This document shows positions 1-11,236 of a stretch of DNA of 64,000 nucleotides, piece after piece. A program made the translations under genes and the position numbers. Source of the DNA: Podarcis filfolensis (lineage: Eukaryota); assembly GCA_964270895.1 (NCBI GenBank), contig OZ185446.1, one strand, 5' to 3'. Numbering within the stretch: position 1 is the stretch's first letter; each line of letters opens with the position of its first letter. The notes under the pieces are model-generated. The model searched no databases. It saw only the letters and a list, made by a program, of their open reading frames with translations, and was not told the origin of the DNA.

Positions 1-253
1 GCAAAAATGGGAGGAGCAACAGGTGAGGCTGTTATGTTTGTACAGCAAAAGTGAGAGGTTTCTACACTCACCTCTTTTCTCCGGGCAGGGAAACATGAGG
101 CATTACCACAGTTCAAGCGCATCTTCCAGGCAGGCAAAAGGACCTGAAGAGGGTACAGAGCCAGGGCTATTGAGGGGTGAAGCCTGGAGATATGAGGCTG
201 GACCAGGAAGAAATGTGCCCTGGGAAGATAGAGAGGCCTGGATAGCCACAATT

Positions 254-254
<1 letters not shown>

Positions 255-287
<33 letters not shown>
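255..287. repeat. (AC)n microsatellite
   Basis: Perfect AC run. Confidence 0.95.
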
Positions 288-288
<1 letters not shown>

Positions 289-728
289 CCCGGCCTGAGA
301 TTCCCCATCCGTGCACCAGAGCAACTGTCTTTGGCTTTGTGAGATATCATATCACATAAAAAGTAGGTTGGTGTTCTTTTTGAAGGATAGTGTCCTTATG
401 ATGTGGTGCAGTTTGGCTGCTGGAGTAGGCAGATGCAGCCCATGGTGCCATAGTGGATCCGTCTTTATTTTTAAACTGAACAACAGATCCCAGGGGGGCA
501 TGCTGGTAAAACAAATGTTAAAACAGCTCCTTCACTACATAAAAGTAGAACTTACTTCTTTGAATTGTAATGAGTTCTCCCAAGCCTGGAAAGCTGAATG
601 AGTGTACTTTAGCTAGAACCTTTTCAGACACGGAGAAAGATGTCTGAAGAAATAAACTTAGTGAGTGCCACAGTATATGCTGTATCAGGGAAGAAGATAA
701 GCAAAAGTAGTGTTCCCTTAAGTGGAGT

Positions 729-1043
729 TAAGGGTAAAGGTACCCCTGACCGTTAGGTCCAGTCGCGGACAACTCTGGGGTTGCGGCGCTCATCTTGATT
801 TATTGGCCGAGGGAGCCGGCATACAGCTTCTGGGTCATGTGGCCAGCATGACTAAGCTGCTTCTGGCTGACCAGAGCAGCACATGGAAACGCCATTTACC
901 TTCCCGCTGGAGCGGTACCTATTTATCTACTTGCACTTTGACGTGCTTTCAAACTGCTAGGTTGGCAGGAGCAGGGACCAAGCAATGGGAGCTCACCCCG
1001 TTGCGGGGATTCGAACCACTGACCTTCTGATCGGCAAGCCCTA
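729..1043 (-). mobile_element. Sauria SINE (head partly missing)
   Basis: Reverse complement of the SINE body seen at 25225-25580, with (ACCTTT)-type tail and tRNA B-box (ggggattcgaacc on +). Confidence 0.9.
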
Positions 1044-1199
1044 AAACTGATTTTCTTATCAAGCATTTTATTATCTAGAGACTCTATAGTCCTCTCTTTT
1101 CCCCTCATTAAGGAATCATTCTCAGATTGCATTGTATTGTGCTGTATCAAAATTTGAACACCATAGAATTCTATAGAATTCAAATTGTAAGTGCTCTTC

Positions 1200-1372
1200 A
1201 GACCACTGATGGTCCATGCACCATAGTTTGGGGACCCTGGGTCTACATTCAGGTAGTGGCCAGTTTCAGAATGGGGACATTCCCAATGCTACCTGGAGCT
1301 GTCAGGGATTGAAACCGGACCTTTTTGCATGTGAAGCAGATGCTGTACCACCATTAAGCCACAGTCCTTCCC
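1200..1372 (-). mobile_element. Old tRNA-derived SINE fragment
   Basis: Reverse-strand B-box-like gggattgaaaccggacc...tgcatgtgaagcagatgctgtaccac. Similar decayed pieces near 37150-37230 and 53800-53975. Confidence 0.5.
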
Positions 1373-2959
1373 CAAGGTCTTTCCAAGCTCTCCGGGAATG
1401 CACATAGTTGGAGGGTGGGAATGGCATGTGCAGCCCTGCTCCTCACATGCATTGAATGAACATCTGAAAACAAAAACAGGTTGGGTTGGGATACTCTGAA
1501 CAACCTTGTTGTTTTGTAGCTACTTAAAGGCAGTTGCTAGGCTTATCTCTAAGGATGAGAAACACAAAATAGATAAAGCATTTCATCAGACCAGTTTGCT
1601 TTGTTGTAAGAGTGTGTAGAGAATACAGCAAGCACTCGTTCGCCAGGAAGGAAAACATCACCACACGTTCGTGTATCCCTTAGAAGCTATCCATAGCTTC
1701 AGAACTCAGTATTTTGCAGGATGGAGAAATATGAAACCCAAGCTAACTCAAAATATATGGTGGTGTGGCAGAAATCTTAGTGTGGAGTAATCGTTGCTCA
1801 AACTGTTAGGAAGAAATCACACTTGAAAATTTGCAGAGTTTTTTTTTTTAAAAAACAACAACATTTTAACTGCATCTCTTCAAATCTAGGTTAATATTCC
1901 AGTTTATAATGTAAATTAAATGACTTTGATATAGGTGTGTACTCTATAATACCATAGACGGACTGTTTGAATGTTGAGAGCAGCTGTTTCTCCCTCTATC
2001 TACTCTTTCATCTTGTTGAAGCTCCATATAAATAAATAGGTACTTCCAAATTAATTCACAATGTTATGTTCTATTAGTCAAATTGCACTGTCCCTTTTGA
2101 TTATGAATGCAATATCTGCAGTAATTACTGAATTAAAACAAGCAGTATGAAGAATAGCATGCTAATTAAACTTTTTGCATTTTCAATAGTTTTCTGTGGA
2201 TCACTGTGTACAGGTGAAGACAACAATAAATGCACCCATTTTTTTGAAGCCTAGCGCTGCAGATGGTCAGAGGATATTATAAGCACCCGAGTTCTAAATT
2301 AGTCTTTTGTATGGAAGGGAGAAAGGTAATTTGAATGTTTGAACTCCCCCTCCTCTGCCTATCTTCTTCCCACACAGGAAGCTTGTCTTGAAATGAACAA
2401 TTCTCTAAATAAAGACTAATTAGGACCTAAATTAATTAGAAGGTGTGATATGAAAAGAGCTTGATGAGAAGGGTCTGTCATTTTAGATGAATGGAATGGA
2501 GCTAAATAAATTAGGTTCCATTAATATCTCATTGTTGCATGAGCCGCTCCCTTTTATTGCATTCATTAGAGGGTACTACATTAAACTAGCCTTGGCTGCT
2601 TATTATCGATTCACCACTCATTTACTACTACATAGCTCCTGTATTAAAAGGAGGGAGGGGAAAAAGAAACTCTCTCTCTGCAAACTAACATACGTGTTTC
2701 CTGGGCAGTCTGGTTTTCATGAGAGTTATTCCTTTATTTACTTGCTTTGGCATTACCAGAAAGGATGTGTCAAAAAGTGAAGCAGTTTTTAAGGGAAGGT
2801 GGCCAAGGAGGTATCTCTTATCTCATTACCACGTTTAGTACAACTGTCATAGTAACAGAACATATTGCAATATTCTTTGTGTATGTAGGTATGTCATAGA
2901 ACAATGTGATTTATTCACCCTTTTTCCTTATGCCCCACCCCTTTTTTTACCTTCTCCAG

Positions 2960-3073
2960 ATGGAGTATTTGGGAGATGTCAACAGGTGCCAGTGATAGAC
3001 GTGTACAAGTATGAAGTTTCACCGCTCATCCTCCAGCACTTGAGAATTGTCTTAGAGAAGCTGTTACACAGAG
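2960..3073 (+). CDS. PTPRN2: Internal coding exon of receptor-type tyrosine-protein phosphatase N2 (IA-2beta/phogrin), equivalent to human exon 3
   Basis: Polypyrimidine tract and acceptor (ttttttttaccttctccag, AG 2958-2959), 114-nt open phase1-phase1 exon, GT donor at 3074 (AGAG|gtactg). Translation (D)[37 protein letters not shown](G) aligns without gaps to recalled human PTPRN2 [39 protein letters not shown] and fits the paralogue PTPRN much less well. It is absent from the ORF track because it is short. Confidence 0.93.
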
Positions 3074-4669
3074 GTACTGTACAGAACAGAAATGTTAGAT
3101 AGAATGTGGATATATCGATTCACTGGTATAAAGGGGTCCAGTTTTTGCAGAGCTTTGAGCGGAACATTTTACTCCAGCCATGTCAGGTAGGCTTGGAATG
3201 AGCTGCGTTGCTTCCCCAGAATTCAGAAACCTCTTCTGCCCTTTCTGTTGAAGGAGGACCAGTTGCAGTCCAGTTAATTATTAGGTCACTTCCAGACAAC
3301 CTGTTTCTTCAGCATTCATTCCTGTTTGTTTGTGGAGAAGTTGCATGGCATGTCTTTCCTTATTGCAATAAGTCAACTCTTTTGGGGAGGCAGGTTTGTT
3401 GCACAAAACCTCAAACCCAACTTCAGTTGTGCAGCCTGAATTTGCTGATATGTGATTGAATCCCACCTGAAAATAGCAATAGCCTGGAAGCGCCCTTCCA
3501 CTGCTTTCTCCCGGGAGTAAGAACAATCCCTTCCTATCTGAGATTAATGCAAGCAACTAGCTCCCACAGACACAACTTCATGACAACAGGGCTCAGGAGT
3601 CTAAGGGAAGGAAGCTGCGGGTAAGCCCGTGTAGGGCAGCCAGCAAGAAAGGCCATGAAAATTAATTACATTGCCAAATAATGCACAGCAAATCTCTTTC
3701 GCTCTTTTGTAACAATTTTCCTCTGCGTGTTTCGTTTTTGGCCATTTGGGCGTATGTTTTATCCGATAATAAGATATTCAGCTTTATTGCAATTACAATT
3801 TCCATTTTTCTTCCCTGTTTTATAGTCATTGATTACTTCCAAATTATACCTGTGATCAAAGCAGAGATCAAAGAGGTGTTAGGTTCTGTATCAATAAATT
3901 AAAGTAATTTTTTTTTTTTACAAAAACGTCACTATTAATACAGAAGACCCAGGTAGGCTACTCTTAGAGGCTGCAGATATAATATAAGGCTGGTTCTGCC
4001 TGCTGTTTATAGAAAGCTTTTTATTAAAGGATTTTCACCTTGTTGTGCGAAATGTTTCATTTTCATCCAAACATTTGGGGAACCGACTGTTTCTCTGTAT
4101 GCTTTATCTCTTTGTTCTTCTTCACATTATAGCGCTGTATCTGATATATCCTGCAGTATTACAATCAATGTGGAGATGCAAAAATTGCTTGATTTCTTCC
4201 ATCCCTCTTGTTCTCTTCTTCCCCTTTGTGCTTTCTTTCATTATTCTCCTTGTGAGTGTCACAGTCCCCCCCTTTTCTGTACAGCAAGTCAGTTCTCACT
4301 TTTAAAAACCTGCTACTGGAAAATGCATTTGCCTTCCATCCATGCTACTCCTTCATCAAACCTGTCATCCACATTCACTTTCATCTTTGCATCTTACCTC
4401 AGGTGCTATCCTGAATACATAATATGTCTCTGCAACATGGGTGGGGCAGCTTGAAACTGGCACTACTGCCAGGAATAGGTAAGGATTCATGTGAGGATGC
4501 ACAGCCCAGGGGCACAGCTCTGTATCTAGTCCCTATAAACAGGCCATTTCAAGCAGATTCCGTTGGCCAGCCATGTAAGAAGGGACTCACAGAGCCAATT
4601 TGGAAAGAATGGGAAACCCTGGGCTCCTCCTGTGTGTTCCTGCATTGACCTTGCATGCTCTCCTCTCTA

Positions 4670-5120
4670 TTCTGGGGTCATCTGGAGTACATTGTCAGCA
4701 GTATGCTGACGGCACACAGCTCTGCTTCTTCTTTACAGGTGTGGCAGTGGATGCGCTGGACTTGTCTTGCCTCGGTAATGGACCGGGGCAAGATGGTTTG
4801 AGCATATAATGCCAATCCTGGCCCGACTGCACTGGCTGCGAATTAGTTTCCAGGCCCAAATCTAAGTGCTGGTTTTTGATCAATAAAGCCTTAAATGAGT
4901 CAGGACTGTAATCCCTCAAGGATTGCTTGATCCAGATCATGCAATCACCATCCCAAGGTCCTTCTTCGTGTAACTCCTCTGTGAGAGGTCCAGAGGGTGG
5001 CAACATGAGATCGGGCCTTTTCAGTGGTGGCTCCCCGTTTTTGGAACGTTCTCCTGGAACCTTTGCTACATTTAGGCTCTGGGCAAAAACATTCCTCTTC
5101 TCGCAGGCCTTTGGCTAATT
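4670..5120 (+). mobile_element. Decayed L2 LINE fragment (RT remnant and 3' end)
   Basis: QYADGTQL (degenerate YADDTQL) plus remnants colinear with the C-terminus of the intact L2 at 38720-41293, with internal deletion and stops. Confidence 0.75.
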
Positions 5121-5204
5121 ATACCACCTGTGGTCTTTTGAACACTGTATGTGGGGGTTATTTTTCTTAGTATATTAGTTTTACTGGCTCTTTCATGGTA
5201 TCAT

Positions 5205-5743
5205 TGTCGGAACCGTAGGATAGAAAGCCAGTTGGCTTGGCCCCAGCCAGAGCATCTCTCTTCTCAGCCTTGCCGCTGCGGAGATCCATCAGCCATCCTC
5301 CTCCGACGTGCGTCCGTGACTCATGCTGCTGTGCATGCAAGAGCACACATTACTCAGCAGAGTAAACACACAACAGATCAGGCTTGAGGCGTGGATTCTA
5401 TACTAAACTACATATTTATTATACATAAATCAGGACAAGGAAAACATGGCCTCTCTCGTTGTTCTTCTCAGAGAGGGGGAAAAAAAGCAATACATGTTCC
5501 GCTCACGGGACTCCAGCAATCTGTGTTGGAATGTAAACAGACATGTGACATGTAACAATCCCACATATCTGCAGCCAGTGGCGTAGCGTGGGGGGTGCAG
5601 GGGGGGCTGGCCGCACCGGGCGCAACATCTGGGGTTAGGGCAAATCCACGGGTTAGGGGGCGCAAATTACTTGCCTTGCCCCGGGTGCTGACAACCCACG
5701 CTACGCCACTGTCTGCAGCAAGGGGGGAAAGGAATTCCCATCA
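5205..5743 (-). mobile_element. Solo-LTR-like element with 5-bp TSD, interrupted by a hAT MITE
   Basis: TG...CA termini, TSD ATCAT at 5200-5204 and 5744-5748, minus-strand AATAAA at 5415-5420, and a related copy at 44975-45635. Confidence 0.7.
5576..5711. mobile_element. hAT-type MITE (136 bp)
   Basis: Perfect TIRs cagtggcgtagcgtgg / ccacgctacgccactg and an 8-bp TSD TCTGCAGC at 5568-5575 and 5712-5719. Confidence 0.9.
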
Positions 5744-7566
5744 ATCATGTACAAGTGTTTGCTCTGCTTTTGAGCAGGGTGGGGCCAGTTCAGATCTTAC
5801 TTTTCTTTCTTTAAGTTCTTCCATTCCGACTGCTTTTTATTTTTAAGAACCACTCTTCTAGCAAGAGTTCATGGGACTTCACTCTTTGTACCTTTTTTTT
5901 CCATTCAAAAACACAAGCTAAGGAAATATGCACAATTTGTTCTATTCATGCTGTTAATGGTAAACATTAAAGAGCTATTCAGGATATTTATTGCTGGAAA
6001 TTCTGGCTTCTGAGATCTCACCAAACACTGTGCACACTCTTTCAAATACTTTTGCAGCTCCATGTACCCAAATACCTCATTGCTAAAAATTAAAGCAGAG
6101 AAAGACTGACACTCCATCCGATGCAAACACTGCCTAAGAACAGCCCTGCCTAAGATGCAAGGAAGATGCCCTTTTAAGGAATCCTTATGTGTGTGCCTAT
6201 TTTCCTGTTTGGTGAGCAGCTAGACAAGGTGAAAATGGATCGTCCTCAAGTATAGCATGAAAATAATAATGATCTGCGTTGCTGTTGTGATGGGATGAAG
6301 GAGGGTTTTTTTAAAAATAAAAATCCCTCGTCCATTTAAAAAAGAGCTCTAGAAATCTTTGCTTGGCCATAGTAAATGATCACAACATTTGCAGTCTTAT
6401 TTAACTGGCTGGGGATCTTCTTCTGAGGCATTGCATTTTGAGATATGTGCTCTCAGGCTTGCTTCATGCATAGCTGTCAACTTTCAGAGTTGAAAATAAG
6501 GGACCAGCAGCCTCGAAAATAAGGGATCAGCAGCCTCACCTGTCCCAGGGACAGTCTACGGAATATCTAACAATCTGGGATAGCAGCAGGAAGCAGTGGG
6601 AAACGGTGCTGGAATAAGGGAATTTCCCACAAAAAAAGGGAAGGTTGACAGCTATGTTCATGTATGCTTCAGCAAACAACAGAAAACTAGTGTTGTCCTG
6701 AGATCTGTGTCCAAGAGGGAGACTATGACAGGCACTGTGGTGCATTTTATGTGACATGTGTTACTAGCATAGGTTTGGCTATTATTTTAGGTTTTCTGCA
6801 GAATATGAGAAATGCTTTTCAAATCTGCAGTGATGTTGGGGTCATGAATCATTGAAGGAGGCTCATTCTACCAGACATACAGTTGGTTGGAAGTCAAGAT
6901 ATTTGAAAAGGCATTTTCTAAGGCTCTATTTTAAGACTGTGCAGTTTTAGCAGGCCTTTGCCCTATTTGCCTGCTGGTGTGTTATCCTCCTTTACTTATT
7001 TATTTGGTTTGCTTGTTTTACCTGCTGTGTTCTACTGTGCTTTTTGTCATGCTTCTACTGCTTTAACATTTGTTTGTTTTTTGAATTTTTAATTTTTTTT
7101 ATTTAGGTAATTTAAAAATTTTAGTAGCTGCGAGCTACCCACTGTTGTTTACTTGCAAAAGCAGAGAGGGCATGTGGTTCAATTCCTAACTGCATCAAAA
7201 GCAATGAAGTCTGCAGGTGAAAAAGTTTCGAATCACATGTAGTAAAATAATGCAACTTAAAATTAATACATATTTGCAACACTAGATGGTAGGAAAGGAT
7301 CAGTAAGATTGCCCTGGAAGATATCCTTTGCAGTAAAAGTAATTAATATAGAATCTACTTTAAATATGTGTGCAGGAAATCTTGAACTTAAGCAATACTC
7401 AAATATTATATTCAGTTTAAGATGGCACAGAGAAATAACCTCAAACCATGGTCCAGCACAGTAGAAGATACAGACACTACATCTTCCATGTGCATTACAT
7501 TCTTATGGAACTTTATGGAAGATATGTTAAATCTTTTCATTCAAAAAGGCTTGTGGCTGTTACAGT

Positions 7567-7917
7567 AAAGGTAAAGGGACCCCTGACCATTAGGTCCAGT
7601 CGTGACCGACTCTGGGGTTGCGGCGCTCAACTCGCTTTATTGGCCGAGGGAGCCGGTGTACAGCTTCCAGGTCATGTGGCCAGCATGACTAAGCCACTTC
7701 TGGCGAACCAGAGCAGCGCACGGAAACGCCGTTTACCTTCCTGCCGGAGTGGTACCTATTTATCTACTTGCACTTTGACGTGCTTTAGAACTGCTAGGTT
7801 GGCAGGAGCAGGGACCGAGCAACGGGAGCTCACCCCGTTGCGGGGATTCGAACTGCCAACCTTCTGATCGGCAAACCCTAGGCTCTGTGGTTTAGACCAC
7901 AGCGCCACCCGTGTCCC
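7567..7917 (-). mobile_element. Sauria SINE, full length
   Basis: Complete body from tail to tRNA-like head, flanked by ttacagt on both sides. Confidence 0.95.
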
Positions 7918-7989
7918 TTACAGTCTGTTACAGTGGATCTTATTAAATCTACTGATTTCTATTATAGAACGTATATTTAAGTTCTAGGG

Positions 7990-8072
7990 TGTCTAGTGCC
8001 TGGGGGACCCAGTCAGATGGGCAGGATACAAATAATAAAATAAAATTATTATTAATTATTATTATTTACTTA
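7990..8072 (+). mobile_element. L2-type 3' tail
   Basis: cccagtcagatgggcaggatacaaataataaa resembles the L2 end at 41240-41293. Confidence 0.6.
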
Positions 8073-9507
8073 TTTAAATCATTTCGGTGTCCAGACTGTG
8101 CATCCACCTGTTCGGAAATTGACAACAGTAGTTTGCCTGATAATTTTCAATACAAGAGCTGGAAAAGGAACTAACAGCCAATCACTTCTACTGATTATTC
8201 TGAGTATTTATTCTTGTTGAACTTTCAAATACTGGACCACAAAGCGTTTCCTTCTTTTGTGCAAATTGATGTTTAGTAGACTAAATTACTGTGAGGTTTG
8301 CTTAACTGCCACCCAGCTCCATGTTTGCTGTGCATTTTATCACAAGGATCATCAGGAATCCAATTTTGTGAGTAAGCGAGCAAGTCAATATATTCCATAA
8401 AGCAGAAGATAGTGAACTCAAGTAAGAGACAGATAGAAAGTAAGCAGCAATCGATCTCAATAGCTGGTTTGTTGTCATGCGCACTTATGGATTTGTGTTT
8501 TGTTCCTCTGATTTTATCTGCTGTTTTAAATTCAAAGCATTATCACGCCACGATTTACATTCTTCAAAACGCTTACTATAACCATTGGTAAATAAAATGT
8601 GTGTTGTTGTTTTTCAACTCAAAGTAAAGTAATGGTTATATTAGAGCCTTAAATATACAAACCCTAAAGGATATAATTAGACTAGTTGATCAAATGTCTC
8701 CTCAAACATCCTCAAAACAATTGTGTTGCTGGAAGAGTAGCAGGCCTTATCTTCATGTCACATTTTCAAGTACTTACCCAAGAAATTCAGTGTTTTCTCT
8801 GTGGCCAAAAAGTTGTATTTACCATGCTGAGGCAAACAACAACTTTTTGGTTGCCCTCATAGGACAGATGCTAGTTCTCATCCTATTCAGGTTTCAGACC
8901 TGAAATGAAAAACTGATGTGATGAAGCTATTGTGCGAATAACTGGTTCTGAGTAAGGCTTCTATGGTGATTTCTTAAGTGTATCTGTCAACTCCTTGCCA
9001 GTCTTAGATGTCAGAAGGTGTGGAACTGGGTAAGAAGGAGAACATCGGAGTTATTATGGGACGATGAGTGATAAGAACTGGAGGGTATTCATAGTTATGT
9101 TATTTCAGTCTAAATATGTCTAGATTCTCAAAATATGTGAATCTTGGAAAGAGAGAGAAACACTTTCTAGACTGTTCAAACTATTCCAGAATCTCATGCA
9201 TTCCACTCCTATGACTCACCATACCTTTGTCTCATCTCTGTTCACAATCCCTCCGCACAAAATATTAACCTCTCATGACATTCAGGCCACATGAAATTCC
9301 TTCATGGTGGTATATGCTGGTTTCCCACCCCCTTTTGACATAGCAGAAACTCTTGGTCATTGTTATCTTGCTCTATTTTCTGCCCTTATTCCCTGCAGCT
9401 GGATTCCCACCAGTGACCTCTGTCCTCTAATCTCATCCTGCCGAACAGCCTGCTCTCTTAAATTAGCATCTCCGGTCTCCTTTATTGCCCATTATGGTTG
9501 GAATTCA

Positions 9508-9857
9508 GGGACGCGGGTGGCGCTGTGGGTAAAACCTCAGTGCCTAGGACTTGCCGATCATATGGTCGGCGGTTCGAATCCCCGTGGCGGGGTGAGCTCC
9601 CATCGTTCAGTCCCAGCTCCTGCTCACCTAGCAGTTCAAAAGTACGTCGAAGTGCAAGTAAATAAATAGGTACCGCTTTATAGCGGGAAGGTAAACGGTG
9701 TTTCTGTGTGCTGCGCTGGTGTTGGCTCGCCAGCTGCAGCTTCGTCACGCTGGCCACATGACCCGGAAGTGTCTTCGGACGGCGCCGGCTCACGGCCTCT
9801 AGAGCGAGATGAGCACGCAACCCTAGAGTCGGACACAACTAGCCCGCACGGGCCTTT
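9508..9857 (+). mobile_element. Sauria SINE, divergent subfamily
   Basis: gggacgcgggtggcgctgtgg head, B-box ggttcgaatccc, a different 3' third, and a perfect 16-bp TSD TTATGGTTGGAATTCA (9492-9507 and 9858-9873). Confidence 0.92.
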
Positions 9858-10568
9858 TTATGGTTGGAATTCACTCCTAAAACACTTTTGTGATGCCACT
9901 CGTCTTTAAAATACTCTTCCTTGAAAATTGTTCTTCAGTTCATTTTGGCTGAACCACTTATAGGCCGCATTGATATGCATGCTAAACCATGGTCTAGCAC
10001 TGAATACATGAGATGGAATGGGTCTGGGGGTTGCAGGCTCCCTCCTTCCCTTCTACAGTACTCACTGAAGAATGGTTTGGCATGCATAGCCGTATGTTGC
10101 CTTTGTGGCAAGGATCCTAATGAAGAAGCCTTTGAATCTGCCCTTGAAGAAGGTGACGATTGCTTCAACTTTGCTGCTTTTATGGATTTGTGAATGAAGG
10201 TATGGTAGCAACACAGCAGCATAATAAATAAATAAAAATACTGACATTGAATCAAGTTATTTTTTAAAAAAATCTATCTGGCTTTTATTTCAGACAGAAT
10301 TGCATTGCATCTATCAAGCAGTTTTGTCATTTTGTTGCTCAAATATGAACATTATATATTTGTGGCTATTTTTAATACAATTTGGGGAAGGGGTCAATGA
10401 AAGCTACTCATTACTGACCACCATCATGGCTAATAATCTTACTAGGATCATAGGCTGTTATAAAAAAAATCATTGAGATGGTAGCAACCGTCTGTTGTAC
10501 TCTGTTAACAATGAGTTTATGCTTTAATGCAACTGTTGTCAGAAGAGCTCAGTGGTTGAGGGGAGGGA

Positions 10569-10829
10569 TAAAGGTAAAGGTAAAGGTACCCCCTGACCGT
10601 TAGGTCCAGTTGTGGCCGACTCTGGGGTTGCGGCGCTCATCTCGCTTTATTGGCCAAGGGAGCTGGCGTATAACTTCCAGGTCATGTGGCCAGCATGACT
10701 AAGCTGCTTCTGGCAAACCAGAGCAGCACACGGAAACACCATTTACCTTCCCGCTGGAGCGGTACCTATTTATCTACTTGCACTTTGACGTGCTTTTGAA
10801 CTGCTAGGTGGGCAGGAGCTGGGACCGAG
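10569..10829 (-). mobile_element. Sauria SINE, 5'-truncated
   Basis: Tail aaggtaaaggtaaagg and body ending before the tRNA head. Confidence 0.9.
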
Positions 10830-11164
10830 ATAAATAAAGAGAGGCAGAAAGGAATATGTTGAGAAGGTGGCTGGAGGTTATGGATAAAGTTTTCTTAAAG
10901 AATCATTAAAATCTATTTCTCATGGATAAAGGGGTAGATACAAAACCACCCAATTTTAAGGCCTGCATAATTAGAAGGAACTGTGCTGACAGATGAAGGT
11001 GGGGCATGGAATACTGATTTATACCACCAATGTTGCCTTAACAGAGACATGATCAATCACTGATCAGTGTCAGATAGCAGCCTAAATGAGGGGGTGGTGT
11101 GGGGTGGTAATTGTGTCTAATATACAATGGACAGACCATGTCTCAGCCTATATGAACAATTTTA

Positions 11165-11236
11165 ATTTGTTGGAAGCTGTCCAGAGTAGCTGGGGTAACC
11201 CGGTCAGATGGGCGGCATATAAATTACTATTATTTT
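11165..11236 (+). mobile_element. L2-type 3' tail
   Basis: ggaagctgtccagagtagctggggtaacccggtcagatgggcggcatataaatt is homologous to 41216-41280. Confidence 0.7.

Larger units (their letters stand above)
1..2959 (+). other. PTPRN2: PTPRN2 intron upstream of the exon (3' part of intron 2 by human numbering)
   Basis: Ends in the acceptor of the 2960 exon. No upstream GCL.EEGLC-like exon seen. Confidence 0.75.
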
